Assembly: GCA_963719165.1 (NCBI GenBank)
Contig: CAVRAV010000001.1
Span: forward strand, 1,567,565 to 1,631,564
Direction: 5' to 3'
Origin: an uncultured Actinomycetes bacterium
GTDB taxonomy: Bacteria; Actinomycetota; UBA4738; HRBIN12
Length of the DNA stretch: 64,000 bases
In this document: one piece after another, positions 9,442-19,524 of the stretch
Position numbering within the stretch: position 1 is the first letter of the stretch
How the letters are laid out: every line of letters begins with the position of its first letter
Translations under genes and position numbers: made by a program
The notes under the pieces: model-generated
The model's database searches: none
Told to the model about the DNA's origin: nothing
Seen by the model: only the letters and a program-made list of their open reading frames with translations

Positions 9442-11040
9442 GTGAGCGGAAGCCGGTACGACGCCATCGTGGTCGGCGGAGGGCACAACGGACTGACGGC
9501 GGCGGCCTACCTGGCCCGCGGCGGCATGCGAACCCTGGTCCTCGAGCGTCGGGAGATCGTGGGCGGCGCGTGCGTGACCGAGGAGATCGCCCCGGGTGTG
9601 CGCGCCTCCACGACGTCCTACATCGCCTCCATGTTGCGGCCCGAGGTGATCCGCGACCTGGAGCTCGGAAGGCGGGGACTGAAGATGGTGGCGTGCGAGC
9701 CCGGCCTCCAGTCGGTGTTCGAGGACGGGACGGTGCTGCCATGGTGGACCGAGCACGCGCGGACCGTGTCAGAGATCGCGAAGCTCTCGGCCGTCGACGC
9801 GGTCAGGTTCGACGAGGTGGACAAGCGGCTCCGGCAGCTCGTTCGCTACCTGCAGCCCTTCTTCCTAGAAGAGCCGCCCGACGTGCACGCCAGGGGCTGG
9901 GCCAGGCTGCGGGAAGGGCGCCGCCTCTTCAAGCGCTTGCGCACCATCGACGGGGACGACATCACGGGCCTCGCCTCGTTCCTCACGGGTTCGCTCGGCG
10001 AGTTCCTCGACCGGAACTTCGAGTCCGAGTACGTCAAACGGATGTACCTGGCCAACAACGTGTACGGCATGCACGCCCCGCCGTACCGCCCGGGGACCGC
10101 GATCGGCCTGATGTTCCACATGCTCTCGGGCGGCGACGATGCGATCCAGGGCTTCTACGGACACGTCATGGGCGGCATGGGGGCGATCACATCGGCGCTC
10201 GCGGACGCCGCCCGCGAGCACGGGGCCGAGATCCGCACGGGGGCACCCGTGCAGCGCATCCTCGCCGGGAACGGTCGGGCCACCGGCGTCATCCTCGAAG
10301 ACGGAACGGAGTTGCGCGCACGCGTGGTGGTCTCGAACGCCGACCCGAAGCGAACGTTCCTCGGCCTCGTAGACGCGAACGAGGTCCCCGAGGACTACCG
10401 GCGCGGCATCGAAGCCATCAAGATGTCGGGTCCGTGCGCCAAGGTGAACCTCGCGCTGGGAGAAGAGCCTCGATTCAGCGGCATGCCTGCCGACGCCGAC
10501 GCAAACCGGCGCTCGCTCGCCACGCTCGTGCCCACCCTCGAGGGCGCCGAGCGCATGTACGACATCGCGAAGTGGGGCGAGATCCCCGAGGACCTGTGGG
10601 TCGACTGCGTCGTGGCCTCCAACGTCGATCCGTCGCTCGCCCCCGAGGGCACCCACGTGATGACGTGCTTCGTGCAATACGTCCCTTACGAGCTACGCGA
10701 AGGCACCTGGGATCGTCACCGCGACCTCCTGGGTGAGCGCGTCTTGGCCAAGGTCGCGCGGTACGCGCCCAACGTGCCGGGCGCCGTGCAGGCGATGCAG
10801 GTGGTGACCCCCCTCGACCTCGAGCGCACGTACGGCCTCACGGAGGGCAACATCTTCCACGGCGATCTCAACATCGAGCAGCTCTTCTTCATGCGGCCCC
10901 TGCCCGGCTGGTCGCACTACCGCACGCCCGTGGACGGCCTCTACCTGTGCGGCGCCGGCGTGCATCCGGGCGGGGGTGTCACGGGAGCCCCCGGCTACGT
11001 GGCGGCGCATCGGGTGCTGCGCGACCATAAGCGCCGCTGA
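9442..11040 (+). CDS. Phytoene desaturase-like (PYROXD2-like) FAD-dependent oxidoreductase
   Basis: GGGHNGL.AAAYLA, GGACVTEE, TPLDLE, GNIFHG, YLCGAG.HPGGGVTGAPG. Confidence 0.9.
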   Translation: MSGSRYDAIVVGGGHNGLTAAAYLARGGMRTLVLERREIVGGACVTEEIAPGVRASTTSYIASMLRPEVIRDLELGRRGLKMVACEPGLQSVFEDGTVLPWWTEHARTVSEIAKLSAVDAVRFDEVDKRLRQLVRYLQPFFLEEPPDVHARGWARLREGRRLFKRLRTIDGDDITGLASFLTGSLGEFLDRNFESEYVKRMYLANNVYGMHAPPYRPGTAIGLMFHMLSGGDDAIQGFYGHVMGGMGAITSALADAAREHGAEIRTGAPVQRILAGNGRATGVILEDGTELRARVVVSNADPKRTFLGLVDANEVPEDYRRGIEAIKMSGPCAKVNLALGEEPRFSGMPADADANRRSLATLVPTLEGAERMYDIAKWGEIPEDLWVDCVVASNVDPSLAPEGTHVMTCFVQYVPYELREGTWDRHRDLLGERVLAKVARYAPNVPGAVQAMQVVTPLDLERTYGLTEGNIFHGDLNIEQLFFMRPLPGWSHYRTPVDGLYLCGAGVHPGGGVTGAPGYVAAHRVLRDHKRR

Positions 11041-11068
11041 ACTCGCCGGCTGCGATCGCGCGACGGGA

Positions 11069-12001
11069 CTAGCCGCCGGGGGCGGGGATCTCCGTGGGAT
11101 CGTCCGGGGCATCGGGGCGGCGGAGCGCGCCGCGCACCAGGATCGCCGCGGTCGACACCAGGACCACGCCGGCGCCGGCGAGCGCGATCGGCGTGAGGAC
11201 CTCACCGAAGACCACCCAGGCCGCCACGGTGGCCACGACGGGCTGGCACTGCGTGATCAAGGCCGCCAGCCATGCCTCCACGTGATGGTGCGACCAGGCG
11301 ACGAACGAGTGGCCCACGGCGCCGGCGAAGATGGTGACCACCCAGACCCAGACCCAGTCCATGCCGCGGGGCGGCGCCATGTCCGTTCCCGTCGCGAACC
11401 CGAGCGCCGTAATCATGATCGCCGCCACGAACATGACGTGCGCCATGTACTCGAGGGCGCCCACCGAGGCCCGTGCGCGTTTGGAGAACAGCCAGTACGC
11501 GGTCCAACTGAACACGCTGGCGAGCGCCGCGAGGTCGCCCAGCGGGCTCCACGACGGCGAACCGGCCGAGCCGACCGCCACGGCCACGACCCCGGCGAAC
11601 GACGTCGCAACGAAGAGGACGTCGCGGCGCTGCACCCGCTCGCCGAACCACCTGGCCGCGCCGAGCGTGATGAACACGGGCGCGAGCGCGGCGATGATCG
11701 TGGCGTTCGCGATGCTGGTGAGCCGGAACGAGGTGAAGCTCAAGAACACGTCGGCGCCGAAGAACACGCCGCCCAGCGCGCAGATCTTCAGGACGCGCCA
11801 TGAGGGCCGCCGCCCCGTGACTGCGAAGACCGCCGCATACACGAGCACCCCCATCCACAGCCGATACGAGGCGAACGCCAGGGTGGGCATCGCGATCCGG
11901 CGCAGGACGAGTGGGACGAGCCCCCAGATCACCGTGGTGAGCGCGACGGCAGCGATCCCCAGCGAACGACGCTCGGAGCGCTCCGTGAGCGTGGCGGCCA
12001 T
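11069..12001 (-). CDS. EamA/DMT family transporter
   Basis: About 10 hydrophobic segments, 'ANATIIAALAPVF', 'FGERV', 'FGEVL'; TACGGT box 7 nt before ATG. Confidence 0.9.
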   Translation of the reverse strand: MAATLTERSERRSLGIAAVALTTVIWGLVPLVLRRIAMPTLAFASYRLWMGVLVYAAVFAVTGRRPSWRVLKICALGGVFFGADVFLSFTSFRLTSIANATIIAALAPVFITLGAARWFGERVQRRDVLFVATSFAGVVAVAVGSAGSPSWSPLGDLAALASVFSWTAYWLFSKRARASVGALEYMAHVMFVAAIMITALGFATGTDMAPPRGMDWVWVWVVTIFAGAVGHSFVAWSHHHVEAWLAALITQCQPVVATVAAWVVFGEVLTPIALAGAGVVLVSTAAILVRGALRRPDAPDDPTEIPAPGG

Positions 12002-12109
12002 GCGTTCGACCGTACCCGATGCCGACCCCTCGCCGGCGGGGGCCCCGGCCGGGCCTTGCCCTCGACGCCATGTCGGCCTCGACGAACCGGCGCGGGGTAG
12101 CATCGGGCG

Positions 12110-12361
12110 GTGATCCGGCCCACCGAACGCGCGACCGAAGTGGTCGTACAAGCCCAGAGGGCCGCGAGGCGCTTCGATCCCGACGCCCGGATCAGGCTGG
12201 TTCGCGGGCCTGCTGGCGTGTCCTTCGCGCTCGCCGACGGTCCGGGTCTTGGGGACGTTGAGGTGCCGTGCGGTGAGGCCGTGCTGTTGGCCGAGGCCGG
12301 CCTCGACGGCGTCCTCGACACCGGGGACCACAACGCCCCCGTGCTTCGCCCTGCCTCCTAG
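12110..12361 (+). CDS. Small protein, weak HesB/IscA-like fold without the conserved Cys set
   Basis: MIRPTERA..., 'ALADGPGLGDVEV' pattern; TAGCAT box 6 nt before GTG. Confidence 0.55.
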   Translation: MIRPTERATEVVVQAQRAARRFDPDARIRLVRGPAGVSFALADGPGLGDVEVPCGEAVLLAEAGLDGVLDTGDHNAPVLRPAS

Positions 12362-12402
12362 GTCGTCTTCTCACGTACGCTCTGCCGGAGACGGGGGGAA
12401 CG

Positions 12403-13005
12403 ATGGGCGCGCTGACGGAACGCTTCGACGACGCCTACGCGTATGCGTCGGCCTTGCATCGTGGTGACCGCCGCAAGGGAAGCGACGTGCCGTACCTGAC
12501 CCACCTGCTCAGCGTCGCGGCGCTCGTGCTCGAAGACGGCGGCGACGAGACACAGTCGATGGCGGGGCTCTTGCACGATGCCGCCGAGGATCACCCCACC
12601 GAGGAAGGGCCCTCGGGCCGCCTCGACGATATCGAGACCCGGTTCGGACCCGATGTCAGGGGACTGGTCGCGTTCTGCACCGACCACCTCGAGGTCGACC
12701 CACCGCCTTCGCAGGTGCGCAAGGATCGCTACGTGGCGCATCTTCGGGAAGCGGAGAACCTCGCCGGGCTGCGCGTGTCGCTCGCGGACAAGCTGCACAA
12801 CTCGCGCAGCATCTTGCGGGATCTCCGAGACGGCGGCCCCGGGATCTGGGAGCGGTTCAACACCGGAGCGGCATTCCAGGTGCGGTACTACCGCGGCCTG
12901 GTGGATGCATTCAGATCGAGGAGGGCGATCGGCTTCCAGAGCTCGATGATCGACGAGCTCGAACGTGTCGTGCAGGAGATCGATCGGCTCACGCCGCGAC
13001 GATGA
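12403..13005 (+). CDS. HD-domain protein, Mesh1/SpoT-hydrolase-like (small alarmone hydrolase family)
   Basis: H..D.RKGS..PY..H, AGLLHDAAED, ADKLHN. Confidence 0.88.
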   Translation: MGALTERFDDAYAYASALHRGDRRKGSDVPYLTHLLSVAALVLEDGGDETQSMAGLLHDAAEDHPTEEGPSGRLDDIETRFGPDVRGLVAFCTDHLEVDPPPSQVRKDRYVAHLREAENLAGLRVSLADKLHNSRSILRDLRDGGPGIWERFNTGAAFQVRYYRGLVDAFRSRRAIGFQSSMIDELERVVQEIDRLTPRR

Positions 13006-13083
13006 GGCGGTTCCGCCGATGATGTGATACGAACACCGCACGACGGACGAGTGCTGGGCCCAGCGCACGAGGAAGGGACGACG

Positions 13084-14571
13084 GTGCAAACGCATACCGA
13101 TGAAGGATCGACCGCCACCGAAGAGAGCGAGAGACCAGACCGGGGCGAAGAGGGGCGTCGCTACCCCGGGGGATCCCGCGTGCCACACCCCACGCCCGCA
13201 GAGCGAGCCGCACGGGGCAAGGCCGCCCGGGCCGAGGTGCCGCGGGAGAGCCACGGCGTCTTCGTGGCTTCGGACAACCGACCCGATCCGATCGCGTTGC
13301 TCGAGTCGCAGGGTCCGGATCGCGTCCCCGAGCTCCTCCCGATCCGGTACGGTCGCATGGGCGTCTCGGCCTTCACGTTCTACCGTGGCGCGGCCTTGAT
13401 CATGGCGTCGGACCTGGACGGCACGCCAGATTCCGGGCTCCGGACTCAGATATGCGGCGACGCCCACCTGTCGAACTTCGGGGCCTTCGGCTCCCCGGAG
13501 CGCAACCTCGTCTTCGACATCAACGACTTCGACGAGACCCTGCCGGGACCCTGGGAGTGGGACCTGAAACGGCTCGTCGCCAGCTTGGAGATCGCCGGGC
13601 GCGACAACGGGTTCGGCGACGCCGATCGTCGCCGGGTCGACCTCGAGGCCGCGCGCGCCTACCGCGAGGCGATGCGGGAGTTCTCGCAGATGGGCAACCT
13701 CGCCGTGTGGTATCAGCATCTCGATCTCGATGCATACATGAAAGCGATGGCCGCCTCCGTCGACCGCAAGCAGGTCAAGCGTCTCGAGAAGAACGTCGCG
13801 AAGGCACGGACGCGCGACAGCATGCAGGTCCTCACCAAGCTGACGGATAGCTCCGGCGGCGAGCCCCGGATCGTGGCGCAGCCGCCGCTCGTCGTGCCCC
13901 TGGAGGACCTGCTCGACGAAGGGGCGCGCCAGGGGATGGAGCACCAGCTCCACCAGCTGGTCCGGGGCTACCGCAAGACGCTCGAAACCGATCGGCGCCA
14001 CTTGCTGGAGCAGTTCCGGATGGTGCAGATCGCGCGCAAGGTGGTCGGCGTCGGCAGCGTAGGCACCCGGGCCTGGATCGGGCTCTTCCTCGGGCGCGAC
14101 GCCCAGGACCCGCTCTTCCTGCAGATGAAGGAGGCGCAGGAATCGGTGCTGGAGCGGTTCGTCGGCAAGAGCGCCTTCGCCAACCACGGACGGCGCGTGG
14201 TCGCGGGGCAGCGCCTGATGCAAACGACCAGCGACATCTTCCTGGGATGGCAGCACGTCACCGGCATCGACGGGGTGGAGCGGGATTTCTACGTGCGTCA
14301 GCTCCGTGACTGGAAGGGCTCGGCGGTGATCGAGGCGATGGTGCCCGAGGGGATGGCGCAGTATGCCCGCATGTGCGGGTGGACCCTGGCGCGAGCGCAC
14401 GCCCGCTCCGGCGACCGCATCGCGATCGCTTCCTACATCGGCAAGGGCGACGCGCTCGACCGCGCGATGGCCGATTTCGCGACCGCCTACGCGGACCAGA
14501 ACGAGAAGGACTACGCGGCGATGCAGGCCGCGGTCGCCAGCGGACGCCTGGCCGCCGAGCCCGGGTACTAG
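13084..14571 (+). CDS. DUF2252 family kinase-like protein
   Basis: RYGRM..SAFTFYRG, CGDAHLSNFG, FDINDFDE, KVVGVGSVG, AHARSGD. Confidence 0.92.
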   Translation: MQTHTDEGSTATEESERPDRGEEGRRYPGGSRVPHPTPAERAARGKAARAEVPRESHGVFVASDNRPDPIALLESQGPDRVPELLPIRYGRMGVSAFTFYRGAALIMASDLDGTPDSGLRTQICGDAHLSNFGAFGSPERNLVFDINDFDETLPGPWEWDLKRLVASLEIAGRDNGFGDADRRRVDLEAARAYREAMREFSQMGNLAVWYQHLDLDAYMKAMAASVDRKQVKRLEKNVAKARTRDSMQVLTKLTDSSGGEPRIVAQPPLVVPLEDLLDEGARQGMEHQLHQLVRGYRKTLETDRRHLLEQFRMVQIARKVVGVGSVGTRAWIGLFLGRDAQDPLFLQMKEAQESVLERFVGKSAFANHGRRVVAGQRLMQTTSDIFLGWQHVTGIDGVERDFYVRQLRDWKGSAVIEAMVPEGMAQYARMCGWTLARAHARSGDRIAIASYIGKGDALDRAMADFATAYADQNEKDYAAMQAAVASGRLAAEPGY

Positions 14572-14595
14572 CGTCCGCGCGTTCCGGGCGGGGCG

Positions 14596-15420
14596 ATGAC
14601 GCGTCTGCGGCCTCACGACCTCGCACGGCCCTGGGGGCGGATGCGGGTCTGGTCCGCCGGCTCGGGACCGGCGGTGTTGGCGATCCATGGCCTGGGCGGG
14701 TCCGGCCGCTACTGGCAGGGGCTCGCCGACCGGCTGGGCGACCGATGCACCGTGATCGCACCGGACCTGGGAGGGTTCGGCGGGTCGGACAAGCCCGAGC
14801 TCGACTACGACCGCGCCTTCCACCTCGGCGACCTGGATGCCGTGGTCGCCGACGCCGCGCCGCCGGGGCCGCTCGCCGTGGTGGGCCATTCGCTGGGCGG
14901 GGTGCTCGGTGCCCTGTGGTGCGTCCGCAACCCGCGCCGGGTGCGCGCCCTCGCCCTCGCCGCCACCCCGTTCCCAACGGGAGCGCACCCCGGACCACGC
15001 GACCCAAGGGAGATGCAACCCTCCTTCGGACGACGCGGCCTGGCGGCCACCGCCCGGCTGGTCTGGCCGCTGGTCGCGCTCCCCGTGGGGCTCGCGCGTG
15101 GGTATTCGGCAGCCGTGGTGATGGACTTCGCCCGGCCCACCGTGCGTGCGCGTGCATGGACCCTGGCCTCGCTGCTGTCCGATCCCTCGATCCGCGAGGA
15201 GGTGGGTGCCCTGGCTCTGCTGGACCCGGCGCCGCCCGCGCTGTTGCTGAGCGCCACCGACGACCGCCGGGTCCCCATCCGGGCACAGGAAGCCTGGGCC
15301 GCGTTGCTCCCGGGAGCCGATCGCCTCGAGGTGCCCACCGGCGGCCACCAGTTCCTCCTGCGGACGGGCTTCGAGCCGCTGACGACCTGGCTCGAGCGAC
15401 CAGACCCGCAGACGCTGTAG
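14596..15420 (+). CDS. Alpha/beta hydrolase
   Basis: IHGLGGS, PDLGGFGGS, GHSLGG nucleophile, C-terminal GGH. Confidence 0.88.
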   Translation: MTRLRPHDLARPWGRMRVWSAGSGPAVLAIHGLGGSGRYWQGLADRLGDRCTVIAPDLGGFGGSDKPELDYDRAFHLGDLDAVVADAAPPGPLAVVGHSLGGVLGALWCVRNPRRVRALALAATPFPTGAHPGPRDPREMQPSFGRRGLAATARLVWPLVALPVGLARGYSAAVVMDFARPTVRARAWTLASLLSDPSIREEVGALALLDPAPPALLLSATDDRRVPIRAQEAWAALLPGADRLEVPTGGHQFLLRTGFEPLTTWLERPDPQTL

Positions 15421-15445
15421 CGCTGAGCGGGGATACTATCCAGCC

Positions 15446-16396
15446 ATGGTCCGACTCAGAAGCCTCCTCGCGATCGCGCTCCTGGGGACGTGCCTCGCCC
15501 CGGCACTGGCGTCGCCGGCCTCCGCCTCCGCCCATCATCCTTCGATATCGCTGTCGCGGTCGGTGGGACCGGTCGGAGCGAAGGTCACCGTGCACGGGCA
15601 TGGATTCGCACACCGCCGGAAGGTCTCGGTGCGCTTCCAGGACCGGGTCCGCGGCGTCGTCAAGGTGGCGTCAACGACCACGACGCGCTCGGGCACCTTC
15701 AGGGTCGCCTTCACGGTCCCTCGCAACCCCGGCGGCGCCCACCTGGTATCCGCCGTCGACGCGACCGGGCGCCGGTCGGCAGCCGTCACCTTCACGATCA
15801 GGGAACGGCTGCGGCAGGGCGATACGCAGCTTGCGCCCTTCGACCGGGTCTGCGCCCAGCAGCGGCTGCAATCGAGAGGCTCCTACACCGCCGCCTTCGA
15901 CCTCACGGGCTACCCCGCACGGGAGCACATCCGCGTGTTCCTGTTGTCCGGCACCGGCGACACGGTCACGGCGAAGGTCGTGACGACCGACCGGTTCGGG
16001 TCGGTCGCCGGCCACTACGTGCAACCGAACGTCCCCTCCGGGTTCTACAAGGTGCGCACGTCATCTCCCACGCAGCGATTCCCGACATCCGTGGCGATCT
16101 TCTCCACGTGGTTCACGTGCTACGCGTTCTCCGGGAACGTGCGACCGATGCACTGGCGGGCCGACGGCGTGGGATTCCTGCCGGGGACCCGGGTGGGGTT
16201 GAACTGGACCGGGACCACGCACAACCCGATCTTCGAAACGCGGGTGCGCGCCGACGGGAGCTGGGGCGTGGCGCGATTCCGCACCGGGTGCGCCCGCCAC
16301 AAAGGCACCTACACGGTCCACACCATCGGTACGGACGGCCAGGGGCGGCCGATCTTCGTCACGAACCACAACCGCATGCGCACCCCCTGCGGCTGA
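15446..16396 (+). CDS. Secreted beta-rich protein with repeated Ig-like modules
   Basis: Signal peptide ending ASA; recurring G.GF / G.F...F.VP segments; TACTAT box 6 nt before ATG. Confidence 0.7.
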   Translation: MVRLRSLLAIALLGTCLAPALASPASASAHHPSISLSRSVGPVGAKVTVHGHGFAHRRKVSVRFQDRVRGVVKVASTTTTRSGTFRVAFTVPRNPGGAHLVSAVDATGRRSAAVTFTIRERLRQGDTQLAPFDRVCAQQRLQSRGSYTAAFDLTGYPAREHIRVFLLSGTGDTVTAKVVTTDRFGSVAGHYVQPNVPSGFYKVRTSSPTQRFPTSVAIFSTWFTCYAFSGNVRPMHWRADGVGFLPGTRVGLNWTGTTHNPIFETRVRADGSWGVARFRTGCARHKGTYTVHTIGTDGQGRPIFVTNHNRMRTPCG

Positions 16397-16471
16397 ACGG
16401 AATTGTGTCGGTGGTGTGGAAACGGGCTCATATCCCACGCGCGACCCCGTTCGGCAGGTACAAAGGTAGGT

Positions 16472-16651
16472 ATGGATCGCAACGACGTATTGGCGCTGAT
16501 GTCGGGCGCCGCCTCCCCCAACGACATCGCCTCCGCGTTCGCCGAAGCACGAGCGTGGCTTGCAGACAACCCCCAGGACGACGCCGTGCGTGCGGCCGTC
16601 CAGGAGCTCGCTCGACGTGAGCGCGAGCAGTGGGGGCTCTCCTACCGCTAG
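16472..16651 (+). CDS. Small hypothetical helical protein (59 aa)
   Basis: MDRNDVLALMSG...; GC3-biased codons, fills the gap between convergent genes. Confidence 0.55.
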   Translation: MDRNDVLALMSGAASPNDIASAFAEARAWLADNPQDDAVRAAVQELARREREQWGLSYR

Positions 16652-16654
16652 GAA

Positions 16655-17581
16655 CTACTCGGTCTTGGATATCGCGAGCGCGGCCAGCCCCGCCGCCACC
16701 CCGAGCAGGGCCGCGAGGAGCAAGAACGCCTTGGCCGAGCCGCCCACCGCAAGGTCGTAGGACAGCTGCGCGCCGAGCGTTTGGTAGACCTTCGTCAGCT
16801 CGCCTGCGGACTGCGCCGAGAAGGTCTGAGCCTGGGTGCTCGCCGACAGCTCCTGTAACAGGCCGCCGCCGGCCGCGGGAGTGGCGGATGCGGCAGGCAC
16901 TTCCGGGCGTTCCGTTCCTCGCAACACCACCGTGAAGACCGGGACCTCCATCGAGCTCGCGCGCTCGGCGGCCTGCTGCGGGGTCACCTGGCTGCCCGTG
17001 TCCGCGCCGTCGGATAGCAACACGACGGCCGCGGCCGCGTCGCCGTTGGCGCTTCGGTCCGCCTCGATGGCGTCGAGCGCCGACGAGAGTCCGTCACCGA
17101 TCACGGTCCCACGGCTGGTGGTGAGCGACGTGATGGCCCCGTCGAGCGGCCCGCGGTTCGACGACGGCGTCACGAGCACGCGGGCCTTCCCTGCGAACGT
17201 CACGAGCCCGATCCGGTAGCCCTCGGGAAGCTTCTGCACGAATGCCTGCGCCGCGTGCTGCGCCGCCGCGATGCGGCTGGGCAGGACGTCGGTCTGGTCC
17301 ATGGAGTCGGAGACGTCGATCGCCATCACCACGGTGGCCTCCTTCGCTTGCCTGCTCAGGCGGAACTGGCCGAACGCCAGCGCCAGGCAGGCCGCCGCCG
17401 CCAAGAGGAGGATCGGCGGGAGCAACGTCTTCCACTTGTACACCCCGCGGGAGGTCACGGACGCGGCGTCGTAGCGTCGCTTGAACCGCTGCTGCCGCAC
17501 GAACTTGGGGCCGATCAGGACGGCAACGAGGATGAGCACGGCGGCGACCCAGGCCAGCAGGACCAGCGCGGTGAAGGACAT
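16655..17581 (-). CDS. Membrane-anchored VWA domain protein
   Basis: MIDAS DVSDSM, GTVIGDG, LLSDG; N- and C-terminal TM; GGAGG RBS. Confidence 0.9.
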   Translation of the reverse strand: MSFTALVLLAWVAAVLILVAVLIGPKFVRQQRFKRRYDAASVTSRGVYKWKTLLPPILLLAAAACLALAFGQFRLSRQAKEATVVMAIDVSDSMDQTDVLPSRIAAAQHAAQAFVQKLPEGYRIGLVTFAGKARVLVTPSSNRGPLDGAITSLTTSRGTVIGDGLSSALDAIEADRSANGDAAAAVVLLSDGADTGSQVTPQQAAERASSMEVPVFTVVLRGTERPEVPAASATPAAGGGLLQELSASTQAQTFSAQSAGELTKVYQTLGAQLSYDLAVGGSAKAFLLLAALLGVAAGLAALAISKTE

Positions 17582-17627
17582 GCACCTCCTATCGGCGCGG
17601 GGCACCCCCACCGTTAGTCTGGGCTGC

Positions 17628-18134
17628 ATGCCCCCACAGACCGGTCCGGGGACCCACCCGCAGACACCGGCCACCCGGGCCGTGATCGGGTCGTCGCTCG
17701 CGTTCTCGGTGTCGCGGACGGAGCCGCCCACGAGCGCCGAAGACAGCGCGGCCTTGCAGGGGATCTCCCTCGACCGGCTGCTTCGTACGATCGTGATCCG
17801 GCGCGGGGTCGAGGACTACGTCTTCGTGCTGGTTCCCGCCGGCCGCCAGATCGACTGGCCGCGGCTCCGCGCACACCTCGGCGTGAAGCGCCTGTCGCTG
17901 CCCGGCGCGGATGAGGCGAGGAGGGCAACGGGCTACGAACGCGGGGCGATCACTCCGTTCGGCTCACGCGTGGCCTGGCCCGTGGTGGCGGACGCGGCCG
18001 TGCGCGGGCGTGGGCTCGTGGCGATCGGGGGCGGGGCCAGGGGCGTGAACCTCCACGTCGATGCCGACGCGTTGCTCGCCGAACTCCGCGCGGACGTCGC
18101 CGACGTGACCCGGCCGACCGAGCACCGGAGCTAA
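17628..18134 (+). CDS. YbaK/EbsC family aminoacyl-tRNA deacylase
   Basis: LRTIV, ATGYERGAITPFG, GGGARG; TAGTCT box 7 nt before ATG. Confidence 0.88.
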   Translation: MPPQTGPGTHPQTPATRAVIGSSLAFSVSRTEPPTSAEDSAALQGISLDRLLRTIVIRRGVEDYVFVLVPAGRQIDWPRLRAHLGVKRLSLPGADEARRATGYERGAITPFGSRVAWPVVADAAVRGRGLVAIGGGARGVNLHVDADALLAELRADVADVTRPTEHRS

Positions 18135-19390
18135 CGGACGGGCTTGCGAGGACGCCTGCGGCGTGCCTGAGCCTCCCCGGCGCGGTGCGACCGCCGTTGC
18201 GCGGGCTGGTGCGCGGAGCGCTCGGGCGCCTTCATGCCTGCGCGGTCGAACTCGACGTGTAGCTTCAACTCGCGGGCCATCTTGGCGACGTCCGAGCGCT
18301 GCTCGCTCGTCACGAAGGTGATGCCCGTGCCGCTTCGCCCCGCACGGGCCGTGCGCCCTACGCGGTGGACGTAGGCCTTCTCATCCTCCGGCGGGTCGAA
18401 GTTCACGACGTGCGTGATGTGCTCCAGGTCGAGCCCACGCGCGGCCACGTCGGTGGCCACCAGCACGTCGCGGTCCCCCGACGCGAAATGGCCGAGGGCG
18501 CGCTCGCGCTGAGGTTGGGTCATGCCCCCGTGGAGCGCGCCGGCGCGGAACCCGGCCTGCATCAGGCCCTTCGCCAGTCGGTCGGCACCCCGCTTCGTGC
18601 GCACGAACACGAGCGTGAGCCCGCGATCCGCCGCGAGCTCGCGTACGAGCCGGCCCTTCTTCTGCGCATGCTCCACGGAGACGAAGCGGTGATCCGCGGT
18701 CGCGATCACCGGACGGTCGTCCACGACCTCGTGGCGCACCGGATCCTGGGTGAAGCGCCGCGCGAGACGCCCCACCTCCCCGTCCAGGGTGGCCGAGAAG
18801 AGCATGGTCTGTCGAACGGGCCGCAACATCTGCAGGATGCGGGTGACATCCGGCAGGAATCCCATGTCGAGCATGCGGTCGGCCTCGTCCAAGACCGCGA
18901 TCCTCACGCGATCGAGCCGGAGCAGCTTGCGCGCCACGAGGTCGAGCAGCCGGCCCGGCGTCGCGATCAGGACGTCGGCATGGCGGGCGCGCTTGGCCTG
19001 CGCGGGGATCCCCACGCCGCCGTACACCGCGGCGATGGTGAGCCGGCGGACGTCGGCGATGGCGCGGAACTCTTCGGTCACCTGGCTGGCGAGCTCGCGG
19101 GTGGGGACGAGGATCAAGGCCGTGGGCGACCTGGTGTCGGGATGGAGCCGTTCCACGATCGGGATGGCGAACGCCAGCGTCTTGCCCGAGCCCGTACGGG
19201 ATCTAGCGAGGACGTCGCGCCCGGCCATCGCATCGTCCAGGACGAGTGCTTGGATGGCGAAGGGACGCTCGATCCCCCGCATCTGCAGCGCCCGCACGAC
19301 CGGTGGCGAGACCCGGTGGTCGGAGAACGACCCCGCCGCGACGGGTCGGTCCCCGGGCATGACAGGTCTGGGTACGGTTTGGGTGTTCAC
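18131..19390 (-). CDS. DEAD-box RNA helicase
   Basis: TGSGKT, PTRELA, TPGRLLD, DEAD, SAT, ARGLD, HRVGRTAR. Confidence 0.96.
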   Translation of the reverse strand: MNTQTVPRPVMPGDRPVAAGSFSDHRVSPPVVRALQMRGIERPFAIQALVLDDAMAGRDVLARSRTGSGKTLAFAIPIVERLHPDTRSPTALILVPTRELASQVTEEFRAIADVRRLTIAAVYGGVGIPAQAKRARHADVLIATPGRLLDLVARKLLRLDRVRIAVLDEADRMLDMGFLPDVTRILQMLRPVRQTMLFSATLDGEVGRLARRFTQDPVRHEVVDDRPVIATADHRFVSVEHAQKKGRLVRELAADRGLTLVFVRTKRGADRLAKGLMQAGFRAGALHGGMTQPQRERALGHFASGDRDVLVATDVAARGLDLEHITHVVNFDPPEDEKAYVHRVGRTARAGRSGTGITFVTSEQRSDVAKMARELKLHVEFDRAGMKAPERSAHQPAQRRSHRAGEAQARRRRPRKPVR

Positions 19391-19524
19391 AACAGCCTCC
19401 TCGGCTCGTTCCTCTGTGGGCGTCGAGTGCTCGATGCCTCGTTCCACAGCGGAGATGCTTCGTGGGCGCTGTTGGATGATTCCTTGCCGGCCCACGGGCC
19501 GGCGACGTCGGTTCGTACGAGCCC

